From: the human T2T-CHM13v2.0 reference genome, Homo sapiens
Strand: one strand, 5' to 3'
Length of the DNA stretch: 64,000 nt
Assembly (NCBI RefSeq): GCF_009914755.1
Contig: NC_060934.1
Part shown: positions 15,988 to 28,545 of the stretch, piece after piece
How the letters are laid out: every line of letters starts with the position of its first letter
Position numbering within the stretch: position 1 is the first letter of the stretch
Position numbers and translations under genes: made by a program
Notes under the pieces: model-generated
Database searches by the model: none
Told to the model about the DNA's origin: nothing
What the model saw: only the letters and a program-made list of their open reading frames with translations

Positions 15988-16791
15988 TGTAATCCCCTAA
16001 TGGGTTATTCTTGCCTGCTGCACAGACAAAACCAATTCACTGAGACCATGGTATTGCAGTAAAGAAATAGTTTAATTAATGCAGAGCTACCCATGCAAAA
16101 GGACTGGAGTTATTATTCAAATTGGTCTCCCCAAGAACTCAGAGATTAGGGTTTTTATGAATGATCTGATGGGCAGGGGCCTAGGGAATGGGTGCTTCTG
16201 GTTGGTTGAGGGTGAAATATAGGAGTGTAGAAAACAGCCCTTGTGCACTGAATCCATCTCTCAGTGAGGTCCACAGTAACAGTTGAGTCATGAGTCCCAG
16301 GCCCAGATGGAGTCGGTCAGTTGCCAGAATGCAAAAGTCTAAAAAACATCTCAAAAGACCAATCTTAAGTTCTACAATAGTGATGTTATCTATAGGAGCC
16401 ATAAGGGAAGTAACAAATCTTGTGACCTCTGATGACATGACTTGAGCAGCAAGGAATTATAGAAAAGCAAGCTAGGAGACAATAGCTGGTTATCATTTAA
16501 CTACATCGGCATTTCAGAAGAATTTAGGTCCCTCCCATAATTCTAATCTTGTGACCTTTCATTAGTCGTAAGAAAGGTGGTTTCAGTCTCTGAGCAAGAA
16601 GGAGGTTCATTTTAGGGAAGGACCTATTATTATCCTTGCTTCAAAGTTGAACTGTAAACTAAATTCCTCCAATGTTTAGTTTGGTCTATGCTCCGGGATG
16701 AGCAAAGACAGCCAGCCTGTGAAGCTAGAAGCAAGACGGAGTCAGCCATGCTAGACTTCTCTCACTGTCATAATCTGCAAAGATAGTTTCA
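15988..16791 (-). mobile_element. ERV1 solo LTR, LTR8A/LTR8B-like
   Basis: TG...CA termini; reverse complement starts tgaaac...tttgca..gattatgacagtgagagaagtctagcatggctgactcc; 4-bp TSD tttc/tttt; host L1 continues on both sides. Confidence 0.85.
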
Positions 16792-17208
16792 TTTTTTCTC
16801 TTGGCATAATTATTTTGATATTCATCATATTCTTATGTGTATCAAGAGTTCATCCTTTGTTACAGTTGAGCAATATTCCATTTTGTAGCTATAGCACAAG
16901 TTGCCTATCCACTCACCTGTTGATGGACCACTCGGGTTGTTTTCAGTTTGGGACTATTATGTAGTGAATCACTATGAATATTTATGTACAGTTTTTGTTT
17001 GGACATATGCTTTTTTTTCCCTTAGATAAGTACCTAAGAGTGGAATGACTGGGTCATACGGTAAGCGTATGCTTAACTTTTAAACTGCCAAGCTGTTTTC
17101 TAAAGCAATAACAACACTTCACATCCCCACCATCAGTGTATGAGACTTCCAGTTACTTCACAGACTCAGACACAATTGGTATAGTCAGTTGCTTTCATTT
17201 CAGCCATT

Positions 17209-18218
17209 TTTTAACACTTTAACCAACCTTTAATTTCAAAAGAAATTAATCTAGAATGGTCAGTAATATACAACATCGTTTTATGTTTCTTTCATAGGTA
17301 TCTATGTAATACAAGTTTATTTGTATATTTGTAATATATAATAACCTATCTTAGATATGAGCCCTAAAAGGATGAACATATTTTCTTGCAACTACTACTT
17401 TATGCCTATGAAGGGTCTGAGCTTGTAATATCCTCCTGTCTCACACCCAAGTTAATGACAGTGTCCTCTCAAAGTTTTTCATAAATTATTAATGACCTAA
17501 TTTCATTTAAAAAATGATTTCAGCAAATATGAAAATAGAAAATCCTATTATTCTTTATCCATTCATAATATGAGAAAAAAAGAGATGATACATTCCTCTA
17601 TAGAAAAAGTGGGTTTAGAGAACAGTTCTGATAATATTTCACATGGCAAAGTATCAAAAAGCCTAAAAAGCAGCCCCCTTGCTCAGGGGGATAAAATGAT
17701 TTCAATGTATTTCTCTTCTGAATTGCTTAGTAACTCCAAGTGATTTTCAAATTGGGGGGCAGATTACTGGCATTGAGTTCATAAAATTTAGATCTATCTT
17801 GAATAGGGACATTATAGAAACCAAGAACATCTCTAATCCTGCACAACTGGTGGAGTCTGGAATTAGGGACTACATGACCCAAGTCATAAGCTAAATGTGC
17901 CAAAAGATTGAACTGTAGACAACCATCTTCCAGGGAAATGTCTTGCCAATTACTAGGAAAACATGAGCCAAAAACTTATTTAACATAAGATTCCAAACGA
18001 CTCTGGAGACCTTCAGGTGGTGTATATGTTTGGCTTCGTAAGGGTGGACGCACTGGGATAGGTTCTTTTTTCACCTCTTTTACTGTCTCAGCAACCACTG
18101 GCTCTTTCTCTTTTCTGGATTGAGACCAAAATTCTCTTCAGGTGCCCCTGAGACTGTCCACATAAAGACTCTTCTGATAATGCTGGACACAGATTGCACC
18201 ACCATCTTCAATGAGATC
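17209..18218 (-). pseudogene. MRPL50: Processed pseudogene of mitochondrial ribosomal protein L50 (MRPL50)
   Basis: Manual minus-strand translation from ATG at 18205 to TAA at 17727: [157 protein letters not shown], recognisably MRPL50. Intronless; 1-nt frameshift near 18140; nonsense at 17976-17978; about 500-nt 3'UTR with ATTAAA (17229-17234) and short poly(A); 13-bp TSD catttcagccatt 17196-17208 / 18219-18231. Confidence 0.96.
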
Positions 18219-19559
18219 CATTTCAGCCATTCTAATGAGAGTGTAGGGGTATCTCACTGTGGATTTAATTTGCATTTCCCTAAAGTCTAAAGTTAGTAAG
18301 CCTCTTTGCATGTGCTTATTTGCCATCTTTCTATCTTCTTTGGTGAAGAGTCTGTTTAAATCTTGACCATTTTTAATTGGGTTGTCCCTCTTTTTATTAT
18401 TGAGTTGTAAGATAGCTTCATATATTCTAGGTGCAGGTCCTTTGTTAGATACATGTTTTACAAACATTTTTTCCCAATTTGTGGCTCATCTTTTCATTTT
18501 TTTAACAGTGTTATAATTAGAGTTCATGCTTTTGTAGAATATTTAAAATTTTGCAAATCTATCGTCACTAAGATTTTCTCACCTGTGTTTTTCTCCAGAA
18601 GTTTTGCAGTTTTAGATTTGACAATGGGTCTATAATCTATTTTGAGTTGATTTTTATGTACGATATGAGGTAGAGATCAACATTCTGTTTTTTGGGGGGG
18701 TTTTTTGTAGTTTTTGCATATGAATATCTAATTATTGCAGAGCCATTTCTTGAAAAGATCATCATTTCCTAATTTGCTTGTCATAGCATCATTACCAAAA
18801 ATAGGTTTCTATGTACTGATCATTTCTGGATTCTCTGTTTTGCTTCATTGATCTTTGGTTTATCTTGACACCAGTAACACATTGTTTTGATTACTATAAC
18901 TACCTATAATAGTAAGCCTTGAAATCAGGTAGTGTTAGCCATTCAACTTTGTTCCTATTTTTAAAATTTTGATTTGACTATTCAAAGCCCCTCGAACTTC
19001 CATATATATTTTAAATCAGTCTGTCAATGTCTACAAAGAAAAGCCTTCTGGAATTGCAATTTGAGTGTGTTGAACCTATAGATTACTTAAGAGAATGTTG
19101 TTTTAACAATATTATGTTTTGACTCATGAACATGATATATATTCCCCACTCAACTAAGATCTTCTTTAATTGATCTCAGCAATACTTTATAGTTTTTAGT
19201 GTACAGGTCTTGCATATCTATTGTCAAATTTATTTCTAAGTATTTCCTGTGTCTCGATATTACTATAAATGATATTTTGATTTTCAATTGCTAATTCTTA
19301 GTACACAGAACTATAACTAGTTTTTGTATATTGACCTTGTATCCAACAACCTTAATGAACTCATTTATTATAGCAGCTCTTTTGTAGATCCTGTAGAATT
19401 TTCTAAATAGATAATCATGTTGTCTCCAAGTATAAGGCAATTTTACTTCTTCTTTTCCTGTGTGTTTGCTTTCAATTTCTTTAATTTCCAAGCAGCTTTG
19501 CTCTCACTGTCTGAATTGATAAAAATGTGTGTGAGGTTTCATGGGTCAAACAGACATTG

Positions 19560-20300
19560 CTCGAAGTAGTTAGACTTAAATCATTTTACTGGAAGCCACC
19601 CAGAGTCTCAAGTACAGAAGGAAACCATGGCAGCAGCAGGATATGAAGTGGATGGCCTGGCACAGGAGCTGGGAGCAGGGAAATTGAGGGTGATTGAACT
19701 AAAGCCAGACCTCCAATGCCAAGGAACCAGCCCTGAGGAGGCTTCCGCCTTGGAGCCTCTACCCCCATGAAATCGAAAATTTAGACACTCGCCATCCAGT
19801 GGGCATCAGTGATCAGGCAGTCAGTGTTGGACAGGGAAGTATCAACAACCAACAGAACAACAAAACCAGTTAGTTAAATAAGGGACTCTTGTCCTCTTCC
19901 TCCCTCCTCTCTGTTCCAACACAATGAAGGGTTTGAGCCCAGCAGAGGGGAGTAGGAAGGGTTAACTGAGTTCATTTCCCCACCCACCCCCGCGGTAAGG
20001 GAGACAAATGTAGAATAAAAGATTACATCATGCAACGTCTACCCTGACACACACATATACACAGCAGTCCCTGGAGCCACAAGCCTTTCCAATGATAGAG
20101 AGAAATTTTTAAGTCAGTTAGGAGATTAGAATTTCAAAAAGATCAGATTTCCAATAATCAAAGTGACCAGGAAATTGTAAAATTTTCCTAAGTTGTCATT
20201 AAGGGATCTGCTATCCAGCATGAAAGGGAGGTTCAACATAGGTCAACATGGGTCAATGGGGGGCTGTGACAATTGAAAAATAACAATTCAATGTTGTACT
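19560..20300 (+). mobile_element. Possible ancient LTR (MamGypLTR/LTR78-85 type)
   Basis: aagtgaccaggaaattg...cctaagttgtcattaaggg resembles such LTRs from memory; termini not resolved. Confidence 0.3.
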
Positions 20301-20461
20301 CCAACCAGTTAAAAGGTTAATAATCCAGATGTATCTGACTTAAATATGTATCTCTATTAAATTAGTTGACTCAGTATAAATAATGAATTTATCTGGACAA
20401 AACTCATTAAAAAGACCTTCCTGCTTGATGCTAGAACAACCTTTGCCAAAGTGGCGGACCC

Positions 20462-20820
20462 TGATATGGTTTGGCTGTGACCCCACCCAAATCTCATCTG
20501 AAATTGTAACTCCCACAATTCCCACATGTCATGGGAGGAACCCGGTGGAAGGTGATTGAATTATGCGGGCGGGTCTTCCCTGAGCTGTTCTCATGATAGT
20601 GAATGAGTCTCAGGAGATCTAATGGTTTTAAAAATGGGAGTGTGCCTGCACAAGCTCTCTTTTGTCTGCCACCATGTGAGAGATGTGCCTTTCACCTTTT
20701 ATCATAATTGTGAGGCCTCCCCAGCCATGTGGAACTGTTAAGTCCAGTAAGCCTCTTTCTTTTGTAAATTGCCCAGTCTCAGGTATATCTTCATCAGCAG
20801 CATGAAAACAGACTAATACA
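20462..20820 (+). mobile_element. THE1 (THE1A/B-like) MaLR solo LTR
   Basis: tgatatggtttggctgtg...cagactaataca, 359 bp, perfect 5-bp TSD gaccc 20457-20461 / 20821-20825. Confidence 0.97.
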
Positions 20821-21074
20821 GACCCCATGCCCTGGGACCCATTGAACAGGGCTGGAGGAAGCAGCTGCAAGCTCTAAAAGCAAGTAGTCTTACAGAATGA
20901 GAAGATTTAGGTAAAATGCATTTGTTGGACCTCTATCCCCTTAGCAGTAAAGTGAAAAAGATTGCAGTGTATTCTCTCTGATCATCTTAGCTCCACTTTC
21001 TTTGCTTTTATAAAATGGCCAATTAATATTTTCCTCCTGCTTTTACATGTTTGGGATTTATCTCAGAAAGAATC

Positions 21075-21262
21075 ATCCATTCCTCAAATACACCATGCCT
21101 ATGCATGCCTATGAACTTCAGCACGTTTCTCCCTTGCTTCTTTCCCACTCACCACCTGGAAAACACTCCCTCATCCTTCAAGCTCAGCTTCTGTGAATCT
21201 TTCTCACCCCCTCCCCATGTGAGAATGTCTGCTGCCCTCCTCTGATTCTCACAGCACTCAGT
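21075..21262 (+). mobile_element. L2 fragment
   Basis: ttcctcaaatacaccatgc...ctcatccttcaagctcagct...gccctcctctg..ctcacagcact. Confidence 0.55.
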
Positions 21263-21706
21263 TTATTCCTCCATGTAAAGAGTTTTTTTTAAGATATTGA
21301 GTCATATCTGCTGTCTTCTCTTTAATCCATCCCTCCTTTCTGTAGAAAACCCAGCTTCCAACCAGTTTACAAGCAATTCTCCACGATATAAACTTTAGGT
21401 GATGGAAAAACAAAAATAGTGAAAGTGATCAGAGAGGCTATGCTGATCTATTATAGTAGAGAGATAACCTGAGAGGGAACTGGAGAGCATCAAAGAATCC
21501 TGCATGAGCCAACTTTGAGGTAGAATTTGGGGGAGTTTTCAGTGAAAGAGGAAAGAGCTTTCAACAAATGGTGCTGGAATGGTTAGATATTCCTATGCCA
21601 AAATGGTACCTCTGTACCATAGCAGCTTTGCAGATGTGAGGCATGCAAGTAGGAGAGGAAGAAGATGTTTTGTTACATTGTATAAATGAGATTGCTTTTG
21701 GCATTG

Positions 21707-21928
21707 TTTTTTTTTTAATTTTTGTGGGTACATAGTAAGTGTATATATTTACGGGTTGCACTGGAAATCTTTTGATACAGGCATACAATGCATAATAATC
21801 ACATCAGAGTAAATGCAGTATCCATCACCTCAAGCATTTATCTTTGTGTTACAAACAATCCAATTATACACTTAGTTATTTTTAAATGTACAATTACATT
21901 ATTTTTTACTACAATCACCCTGTTGTGC
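21707..21928 (-). mobile_element. Short 5'-truncated L1MA (L1MA2/3-like) 3' end
   Basis: Poly(T) then aatttttgtgggtacatagta...gtatccatcacctcaagcatt; TSD tttggcatt 21697-21705 / 21929-21937. Confidence 0.9.
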
Positions 21929-21952
21929 TTTGGCATTCTTAAAGAACCTTCC

Positions 21953-22279
<327 letters not shown>

Positions 22280-22619
22280 TCATTATACACTTAAACTATT
22301 GTGCCTTTGAACATGATGATGTAGTGAGGTTGGGGCTTTATTCTGGTGACATCTGTCTCGTAAGTCTTAGCAACTTGAACTTTTTACTTTCATGTCTGTT
22401 CCCTTCTTTTAACCCTCCATTCCCGCTCCACACTCTCCTTGAGAGCAAGCACTTTGTCTTATTTATTCATTTCTCCTTCCCCAAGACTAGAATTTGATGA
22501 CAGCAGTGACTGAACGATTCCCCTAGAAAATGAGACTTTTTCTGGAACTCTACATACAGTCCACAATGGGTTCTAGAGGAATTGCCTGGGAACTCACCAA
22601 ATGTATACACAGGGGAAGG

Positions 22620-22991
22620 TAATATTGTTAGGATGCTTGTCCTTTCCAAATCTCATGTTGAAAGGTAACCCCCTAGTGGGAGGTGTTCGGGTCATGGGGG
22701 TGGATTCCTCATGAATGGCTTGGTATCATCCTTGTGGTAATGAGTGAGTTTTCACTCTGTTAGTTCATGTGAGAGCTGGTTGTTTAACGAGCCTGGTTCT
22801 CACCATGTGACACCCCTGCTCCCCTTCACCTTCCACCATGATTGTAGGCTTCCTGAGGCCTCAGCAGAAGCAGATGGTGGTACCACGCTCCTTGTACAGT
22901 TTGTAGAAGCATGAGCCAAAATAACCTCTTCTCTTTATAAATTACCCAGCCTCAGGTATTCCTTTCTAGCAATGCAAAACGAACTAACACA
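22620..22991 (+). mobile_element. MSTB-like MaLR solo LTR
   Basis: ccaaatctcatgttgaaa...gggtcatgggggtggat...aattacccagcctcaggtattcc...actaacaca. Confidence 0.9.
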
Positions 22992-22997
22992 GAGGCC

Positions 22998-23210
22998 TTA
23001 AGGGCTCTGGAGTCAAAATGTCTGGATTCTAATACCAGTTCTGCCACTTAGGAGTTGTGGGACTTCTAACTCTTTAAGTCTCTCTAGAGTTCCCTCAACT
23101 ATAAAATGGTGGCAATCATTGTGCCTGCAACATAGAGTTGTTATGAGAATTAAATACATTAACATATGTTAAATACTAAGTACAATGCCTGACACATGCA
23201 AGCATTCATA
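22998..23210 (+). mobile_element. MIR
   Basis: ctctggagtca...ctgccactta...ataaaatgg...catagagttgttatgagaattaaa...atgcctgacaca. Confidence 0.8.
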
Positions 23211-23622
23211 GTATAGAGAAAGATATATAAAGACATACTATATCTATTTATATTCAAATATATACAAACATATTCAGCTTCTGTTCTAAACCCTCCCTTA
23301 AAAATGCCCTTAGCTTCTAGATATGTATATATTAAATCTGCTATTTAATATATTATGTATATGTATATTAATATACACAGACATTTTATTTCTATAAAGA
23401 AAGAAACACATCAACAATAATACCATCACAATTATTTATAAGTATGTTTAATTGACTGAAAGAGCATTAGGCACATGAAATCTGAATGTATAAATCACTT
23501 TAAACTATTAATGTAACTCATTTTGCATTATACACATATCTGTCAGGCAAAGGTTAATAGAGAGTTTATGAAATTTGGAATGCAATTAAGTCTCACAGGA
23601 ATCTCAGCGGGAGGCCATGCCA

Positions 23623-23636
23623 GTTTCTATGGCAAC
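23623..23636. promoter_or_regulatory. RFX X-box motif in unique sequence
   Basis: GTTTCTATGGCAAC, one mismatch to the GTTNCCATGGNAAC palindrome; function not shown. Confidence 0.4.
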
Positions 23637-25349
23637 CAAAGGGCTCAGGCAAGAAGTGGGGGAGGGGGAATTAATTTAAAGGCAAGATAAGCACATAAAT
23701 ATAGCTCTTGCCTACTTTTTCTTCTGCACTCTAATAAACAATCCTTTCTGCCTTTAAATTATTATGCATACTCAAGTGTAAGTCAGATTGGTTTTTCATT
23801 TCCTAGAATTAAATACATTTTCCCAAATGTTTAAAGGTGATTTCAGTTTTTTAAAATGTATCACTTCTCTGGATATCCAGTTTATAAGTGTGTCAGGTGT
23901 AGTCTCAAATTCCTTGGGGGAAAAAAGGAGAGGAGATAAAAAGAGCAGGACAAGATGTTGAAGAGGATTAGGGGATACTGTGAATAACCTTCTCAACACC
24001 AGCTAATGAGGCTGTACTTAGGATCTCAGAGTTGCAATCAGACCAAAGGGAGAAAATGTGGCCACAAACAAAATTGGTTTTCCTGTCACGAATTTTATAA
24101 CATCACTGAATTGAAGGAGACTTTAGCGATCACCTAGTCAAAAGATTTGATTTTATCACCAAAAACACTTAGCTTAAGTAGTTAACTAAGCACAACTATG
24201 GCTGGAATTCAGGAATCTCAGACTCCTGACTGCAGCTTGCTTTGTGTTCCATACTCCACTTTATTCTCTTTCACTTCTTTCTTGTATGTAGAATTCAGCA
24301 ACGTTGTTAACCATTTTCCATCACAAGTAGTTTCCAACTGTTGAATTTCCTGATATCCAGATTACTGCGTATGATCTGATTTGTTTTTTAAAACCAGATG
24401 AATCTTATTTTGGTATACTCCACCTAAGCTCTTAACTTGGTTCACATTTGGCAAGTAACTTCCACTTTGCCATGAACATTGGTTTATGGAAGTTCTACAA
24501 TTGTTCGTCTGTTTTATGCTGTCAAGCCAGCAGCTGCGTGTTCATGGGCAGCAACATGCACCTGTACGTGCCCCATGCAGTCTTTATAAGGACAGACTGA
24601 AAAAGAGAAGCGTTTGGGGGAATTCCCATAAGAGACACAAGATATTGACAAAAAATAGACATGACAGCTCTTCCAAATCCAAGTCTCTAAGAGGAAAACT
24701 AGCAAGTGGAAGTCATCCTCCAAGCTTTAAAACTGTGTTTGGGCTGTATTTGTTGTGGAGTTATGAGGACCCCAAGATTTTGACATAGTAAGGAAGATCA
24801 AATTGCCAAAAGAAAGAACCAACTGTGATGACAGTGGTTGGAGTGAAAACCTCAGGCTCACTTGGCTGAATCTCTTGTCAGGAATCTCTCCCAACCGTCC
24901 AGTGATTGATCAGCTCTGGTAAAGCTGGGCTGGCTTGAAAAGTTTCTGCTCTGTGCACCTTTCCTCAGCACCAAGGTCATGGAATATTTGAGATTACTAT
25001 GGGAAGCTGGTTGGAATGAACCAACCCTTGCTCTGGTGAAATTGAGAGTCAAGAACACAAGACAGCCAAAGACTCTTAAGAAAATCCTGTTGTATAGTCT
25101 CAAATTTTTATTCTGTGACCTCAAGTTATTAGGGGAAGAAAAAAATGTGATAAGGAAAAATAGAATAGTGTGTAATTCAGCCAGCATTGTTAAAACAGTG
25201 AGTGCCTGCTACCTTCCCAGGGTTTAACAAAATCTGTTGTTTCTTTGTTTCAAATAAATAAAATAGATAAATTCTGTAGTGGAAAACTTATGGTGACTTC
25301 TCTGGGTCTCTGCCCATGTGTAAAAAGGGTGTTTGGTACAAGTGAGGAG

Positions 25350-25540
25350 ACAGACAGCTGGACTAGAATCCAAATCTCAATCTCAAAGACTGAGAAAGGA
25401 TATCAAAAGTTCAGATCAGATGTTGACCTTACCAATCTCTATAAGCCACAACTTCTTTCTTCTCATTCATAAAATGGGAACTATCCCTGCCAAGCCTACA
25501 TCACAATGTTATTATGTAGGTAAAATAAAATTGTGATTGG
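25350..25540 (+). mobile_element. MIR fragment
   Basis: tgacctt...tctcattcataaaatggga...cctacatcacaatgttattatg. Confidence 0.55.
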
Positions 25541-25605
25541 AGATTTTTTTTTAATTGTGACAGGCACCCTGGGTGTAGAGATACTGTTTGCCCTCCCTCT
25601 AATAG

Positions 25606-25965
<360 letters not shown>

Positions 25966-25984
25966 TGAATAGACGGCCATGGTT

Positions 25985-26552
25985 TTTCATGTGACCATAT
26001 CAATTTTCACATGCCCACTCAGTCCCAGATGACACAAAAGGCTGCTACTCTAACATTTGGCCAAAGATCTTTGTGGCCTTGCTCAAAACAATAAACTGAG
26101 TCAATCAGACTAAATTTCCCAGAAATTTGAACCAAAACACATGGAAAACAATTTGTGTGTGACCGGTGGGAACTGTAGCTAAAAAAATCCGAACAGACTG
26201 AGCAAGCTCACGTTAAGAGAAACAGAAAGCATGAGGAAGGAGGAGTCAGCTGGTAGCAGGACAGAAAAGAGACGTGAGGAGGGGAGCCAAGCCCACCGAG
26301 AGCAAAGCGCAGAACTGGAGACCCAGAAGCTGCTGCCACCAGGGTTCCGAGAGGCCTCCTGGAAACAGCAGGCACCAAATCTTGCTTATCCCACATTCTG
26401 GATAGTTCTCTCCAGTTCTTCCACTGTCACCTGGGTCCATTATTTTAAAATTAATTAATTAATTAATATCCTCCCATTATTCAACATAAATTCTTAAACT
26501 CACTTCACAAGAGCTAATTTGAGTAGGTCTCTGCAACCAAAGAGTCTGAAAA
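25985..26552 (+). mobile_element. Ancient ERVL/MaLR-type LTR (MLT1/LTR33-like)
   Basis: Ends ...gctaatttgagtaggtctctgcaaccaaagagtctga, like old MLT1 termini. Confidence 0.45.
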
Positions 26553-28123
26553 ATGGTTGCTGGTTAACTGACACTCACTCTTGGCTTATAAAAATGGCTT
26601 TGTTCAAGTGTTATAGTAACAGTTTATCTGAGTGCCTAGACCTGATAAGTTTGTGTATAGCCAAACAGGCAGCAACTTGGTGAGTGGAGCCTGATTGATC
26701 ACAGATGTTCTCCCTTGCAAGTACAGCCCTCTTCCCTGCCCCTGCCCATACCCACACATACCCCTATACAATTTCTTCGAGTTTCTGGCATTAGTATGTC
26801 TTATCCTGGACACGGCATCTTATTTTCCCCATTTGGGAAGGTAACACATTAGTTAGCTAACCCATTAAAGGTATTTGTTTATATGATCAGACCTTTTCCT
26901 GTCTGTTAACACAAAAACCGTACATGAAATAGTAACTTAGGGATGCAGGAATGACTCAGTGAGGTTAAAGGGACTGTAGAAACCAGGTGAATTGCCAATG
27001 GCCAAATAAAGGTCCCAAGAGAGCAGGAACTTGGTTTTTACCTGTGGATCAGATATTACCACAATCCACAGAAAAGGCACAGAAAAAAGCATTGTAGAAT
27101 GTTAGAACCAGAAGAGACCTCTGAGATCACCCATTCCATCCATCTAAGGGTAAGAAAATGGGCACGGCAGGCAGGTCCCATGACTTATCCAATACACATC
27201 ATCATAATAAAAAGCCTTATGAGCAGAGATCAGAGAGAACTCAAGAGCAGAACCTGCTTTCCTGGCTGAGACCCTCCCCAGTGCTATCTCATTCAGCCAC
27301 TGACAAAGTTTTATCAAGATCTTGAAGGCCAACATTTTGGAAATAAGACTTCCTGAAATATCTCTGCATATCTCACCTACCTGAGGACAGTGGCATTCTA
27401 AAAGTAGAAGCTTGTTGCTTGAGAGGGACTTATCAAGACTCACACAGGTTCTGTAATGCCACATTTCCCAGCCTGACCTTTCACAACCAGGGACACAATC
27501 CAGGGTGATTTGCAGGGATTGACTTATGTTTACACATAGATAAAGGTCAACGAAGCAAACTGCGGAACTTCTTTTCCAGTTTCTACTTTTCTAGCTTCAG
27601 TGGAGCTGCCTCTACCATACCTTATTTTTAGTTTGAGAGAAAAGCAGCTAATGACCATGAACTTTCTGATTTTCTGATTTGAATCTCCCACTCAGCCTCT
27701 GCTGATAATTGATGGCTCTTGGAATTTTTTCTCTGCTTTCATTCTCTCTTTGCTTTCATTCTTTCTCCTTGTAATACTCACAGGATGGTGACTCTTTCCT
27801 ACGGCTGCTCCATTTTCTTGCCTTCTCTATGTCACTCACACAATATACAAAGAGATGTTCTCACTTGGCTCTGCATTCTCAGGTTTATCCAGTAATTGGG
27901 TCCCTAAAAAAGTTTTCTGAGTATTTCAGGATACTTTCCAGATGGCTGTGTGATTCATACTGTTAACTATTGAACAATTTTCATTGTTCCAAGCTTCTCT
28001 CCAAAAAGATTTTAAGGTATAATCCTTCAGACTTTCAGTTATAACAGCATCATAATGACAATCATGAGTAATAAATTGCAAAATTTCCAAGGCAATTCTC
28101 CTGATGAGTTCTGAATGAGTCCT

Positions 28124-28545
28124 TGTATTAGGCCATTCTTGCATTGCTATAAAGAAATACCCGAGACTGGGTAACTTATAAGAAAAGAGGTTTAATTGGC
28201 TCACAGTTCTGCAGGCTGCACAGGAAGCATAGCACTGGCATCTGCTTCTGGGGAGGCCTCAGGAAGTTCTTACTCATGGCAGAATGTGAATCAGGAGCTG
28301 GCACATCTCTTGGCCAGAGCAGGAGCAAGAGGAAGAGAGTGGGGCGGGAGGAGCCACACAGTTTTGAACAACCAGATCTCATATGAACTCAGAACAAGAG
28401 CTCACTTACCACCGAGGAGATAGTCTGTCATTCATGAGGAATCTGCCCCAATGATCCAAACACCTCCCACCAGGTCCCGTCTCTAACACTGGGGATTACA
28501 TTTCAACATGAAATTTGGGTGGGGACAAATATCCAAACTATATCA
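28124..28545 (-). mobile_element. MSTA-like MaLR solo LTR
   Basis: tgtattaggccattcttgcattgctataaagaaatacc...atccaaactatatca; TSD gtcct / gtctt. Confidence 0.95.

Larger units (their letters stand above)
15690..19490 (-). mobile_element. Old L1M (L1MB8/L1MC-like) 3'UTR plus degenerate ORF2; host of a nested LTR8-type LTR and the MRPL50 retrocopy
   Basis: Reverse L1 3' end at 15690; minus-strand ORF remnants GKEEVKL...GYKVNIQK (19291-19491) and REMQIKSTVRY (18138-18467); L1 sequence resumes in register after both insertions. Confidence 0.9.

Noticed and set aside
18138-18467. 109-aa ORF fusing L1 ORF2 to the MRPL50 retrocopy
   Set aside because: It enters the retrocopy out of the MRPL50 frame and stops after about 27 codons; junction artefact.
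23159-23172. 14-bp palindrome ttaacatatgttaa (similar AT palindrome at about 54456)
   Set aside because: AT-rich and short enough to be chance.
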